A program made the translations under genes and the position numbers. A stretch of DNA of 64,000 nucleotides from Amphiscolops sp. MND2022 (lineage: Eukaryota). The DNA is taken from NCBI GenBank assembly GCA_964187785.1, contig OZ076409.1:52392001-52456000 (forward strand), in the 5' to 3' direction. Shown here one piece after another: positions 62,825-64,000 of this stretch. Position 1 is the first letter of the stretch; each line of letters begins with the position of its first letter. The notes under the pieces are model-generated. The model searched no databases. It was not told the DNA's origin and saw nothing but the letters and a program-made list of their open reading frames with translations.

Positions 62825-63706
62825 TTGAGTTTCAGCTGAGTTGAATTGATGGGAAGTAATATCCTCATCTTTTTCAAGTAAAGTTAAGTATTGATATGGT
62901 CTTTGGAAGGAAGCTTTCGCAATAAAAGTTTCACAGACGAATATCGAAAAACGAGCACTTTCAGTGTCGTTCTCACTCTTGTTCTGGATATACTGTTTCG
63001 GTGAAAGGCAATGGCAGTTTGGCAGACACAGCAAAAATGTACTTTTTGCGAAACGGCCCTATAACAGCCAAATTTCCTTTTGCGAACATGTGTGATGCAT
63101 TTTTTCATCATCAATAAAAGCTACAATAAATGTATTGTTGAAGACTATAGTCGACAAGAATGACTTTTAACAGTTTTTGTGACATTGGAGAAAAGCTCTT
63201 TTTAGAAAAGAAGTGAGTTTTCAAATCATCTCAGTTTTAATCACTATCTTTTTTTGCAAAGAATGAACTTTTTCCCAAATACTTCAGTCTGTGACTATAG
63301 ATCTGAAAACGAGGCTCTACTTACTTGCTTAGCGGGGTCGAGCATCTCTACGCAGACTAAAAAATTTTTCCTGGTCACAAAAAGCTGCCCCCTGTTGTCT
63401 TGAATTCCGCCCAAAATGCACAAACTGAAAATGAACTCCTCCACATTCTCTTTTACCTAAAAACCATATACTTTATACAAGAAAAAATTTTTAAAGAAAA
63501 ATTTTTATATTAATTTTTGTTTCTTACATTGTTGGACACATCAATATGAATGATTGTGGGTTTTGTTTGAAGGCGAAGCTTCCACAGGACATCCAGGCAC
63601 TTTTTCTGGTCAATCTTCGTCTCGCAAAGTCTCATTATGATTCGTTTGAAGGTTTTGTCTTCTTGCTGTAGTTTGGATTCCAACTCCGAAACGAATAGAG
63701 ATTTTC
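62825..63706 (-). CDS. RNF213: Upstream exons of RNF213-like gene (63706-63528, 63456-63325, 63058-62825)
   Basis: In-phase GT-AG exons encoding GKSLFV...IIHIDV, FIFSLCILGGIQDNRG and LPNCHCLSP...FQRPYQYL. These are the RNF213-like motifs that precede the NPTW motif of the giant exon. Confidence 0.85.
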
Positions 63707-64000
63707 CTGGTTCAAAGTCACATTTTTCCAATAGGCGTAAAACCAAACCAGGTTGAAATGCATTTAAAAACATAAAATTCAAAAAACTTTTTCTTGAATC
63801 GTGCTTGAATCTTGATCGTTTCTTGAATCTCACTTGAAAAAGTGCCAAAATACCTACTTGATTTCAATTGAAAAATGAATATTTAAAAGACATACCTCAA
63901 TACATACAAAAACATGTTTCATTTGTTTAAAAAATTGTAACTGGAAACGTTATATCCAAACATTTTCAAGGGAGTATGGTATAACTTACCACGATACAAC

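Overview
Repeat-rich, AT-rich eukaryotic (invertebrate-animal-like) DNA with GT-AG introns; the species cannot be named from the sequence. Two convergent host genes occupy the window. (1) A + strand multi-exon gene (~1482-31014, 5' end not seen) encodes a type-I membrane protein with repeated lamin-tail-domain (LTD)-like modules. (2) A - strand RNF213/mysterin-like AAA+/RING giant gene runs from ~33.6 kb to beyond 64 kb. One intron of gene 1 holds a ~14.4-kb Ty3/Gypsy block: gag, a -1 frameshift, and an intact 1689-aa pol. Pol is followed by cargo: an antisense, intron-containing, hAT-transposase-like BED-finger gene, a divergent ORF with a SUMO-interacting motif, and a small ORF. A 16.1-kb intron of the RNF213-like gene is bounded exactly by hAT-type terminal inverted repeats and a degenerate 8-bp target-site duplication that supplies both splice sites, so it looks like a transposon-made intron. 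It was later inflated by 3.1-kb and 2.1-kb tandem duplications. The remaining introns hold Helentron-type non-autonomous elements, TA-flanked MITEs, long hairpins and Gypsy relics. All gene models were assembled by eye from splice motifs and reading-frame phase.
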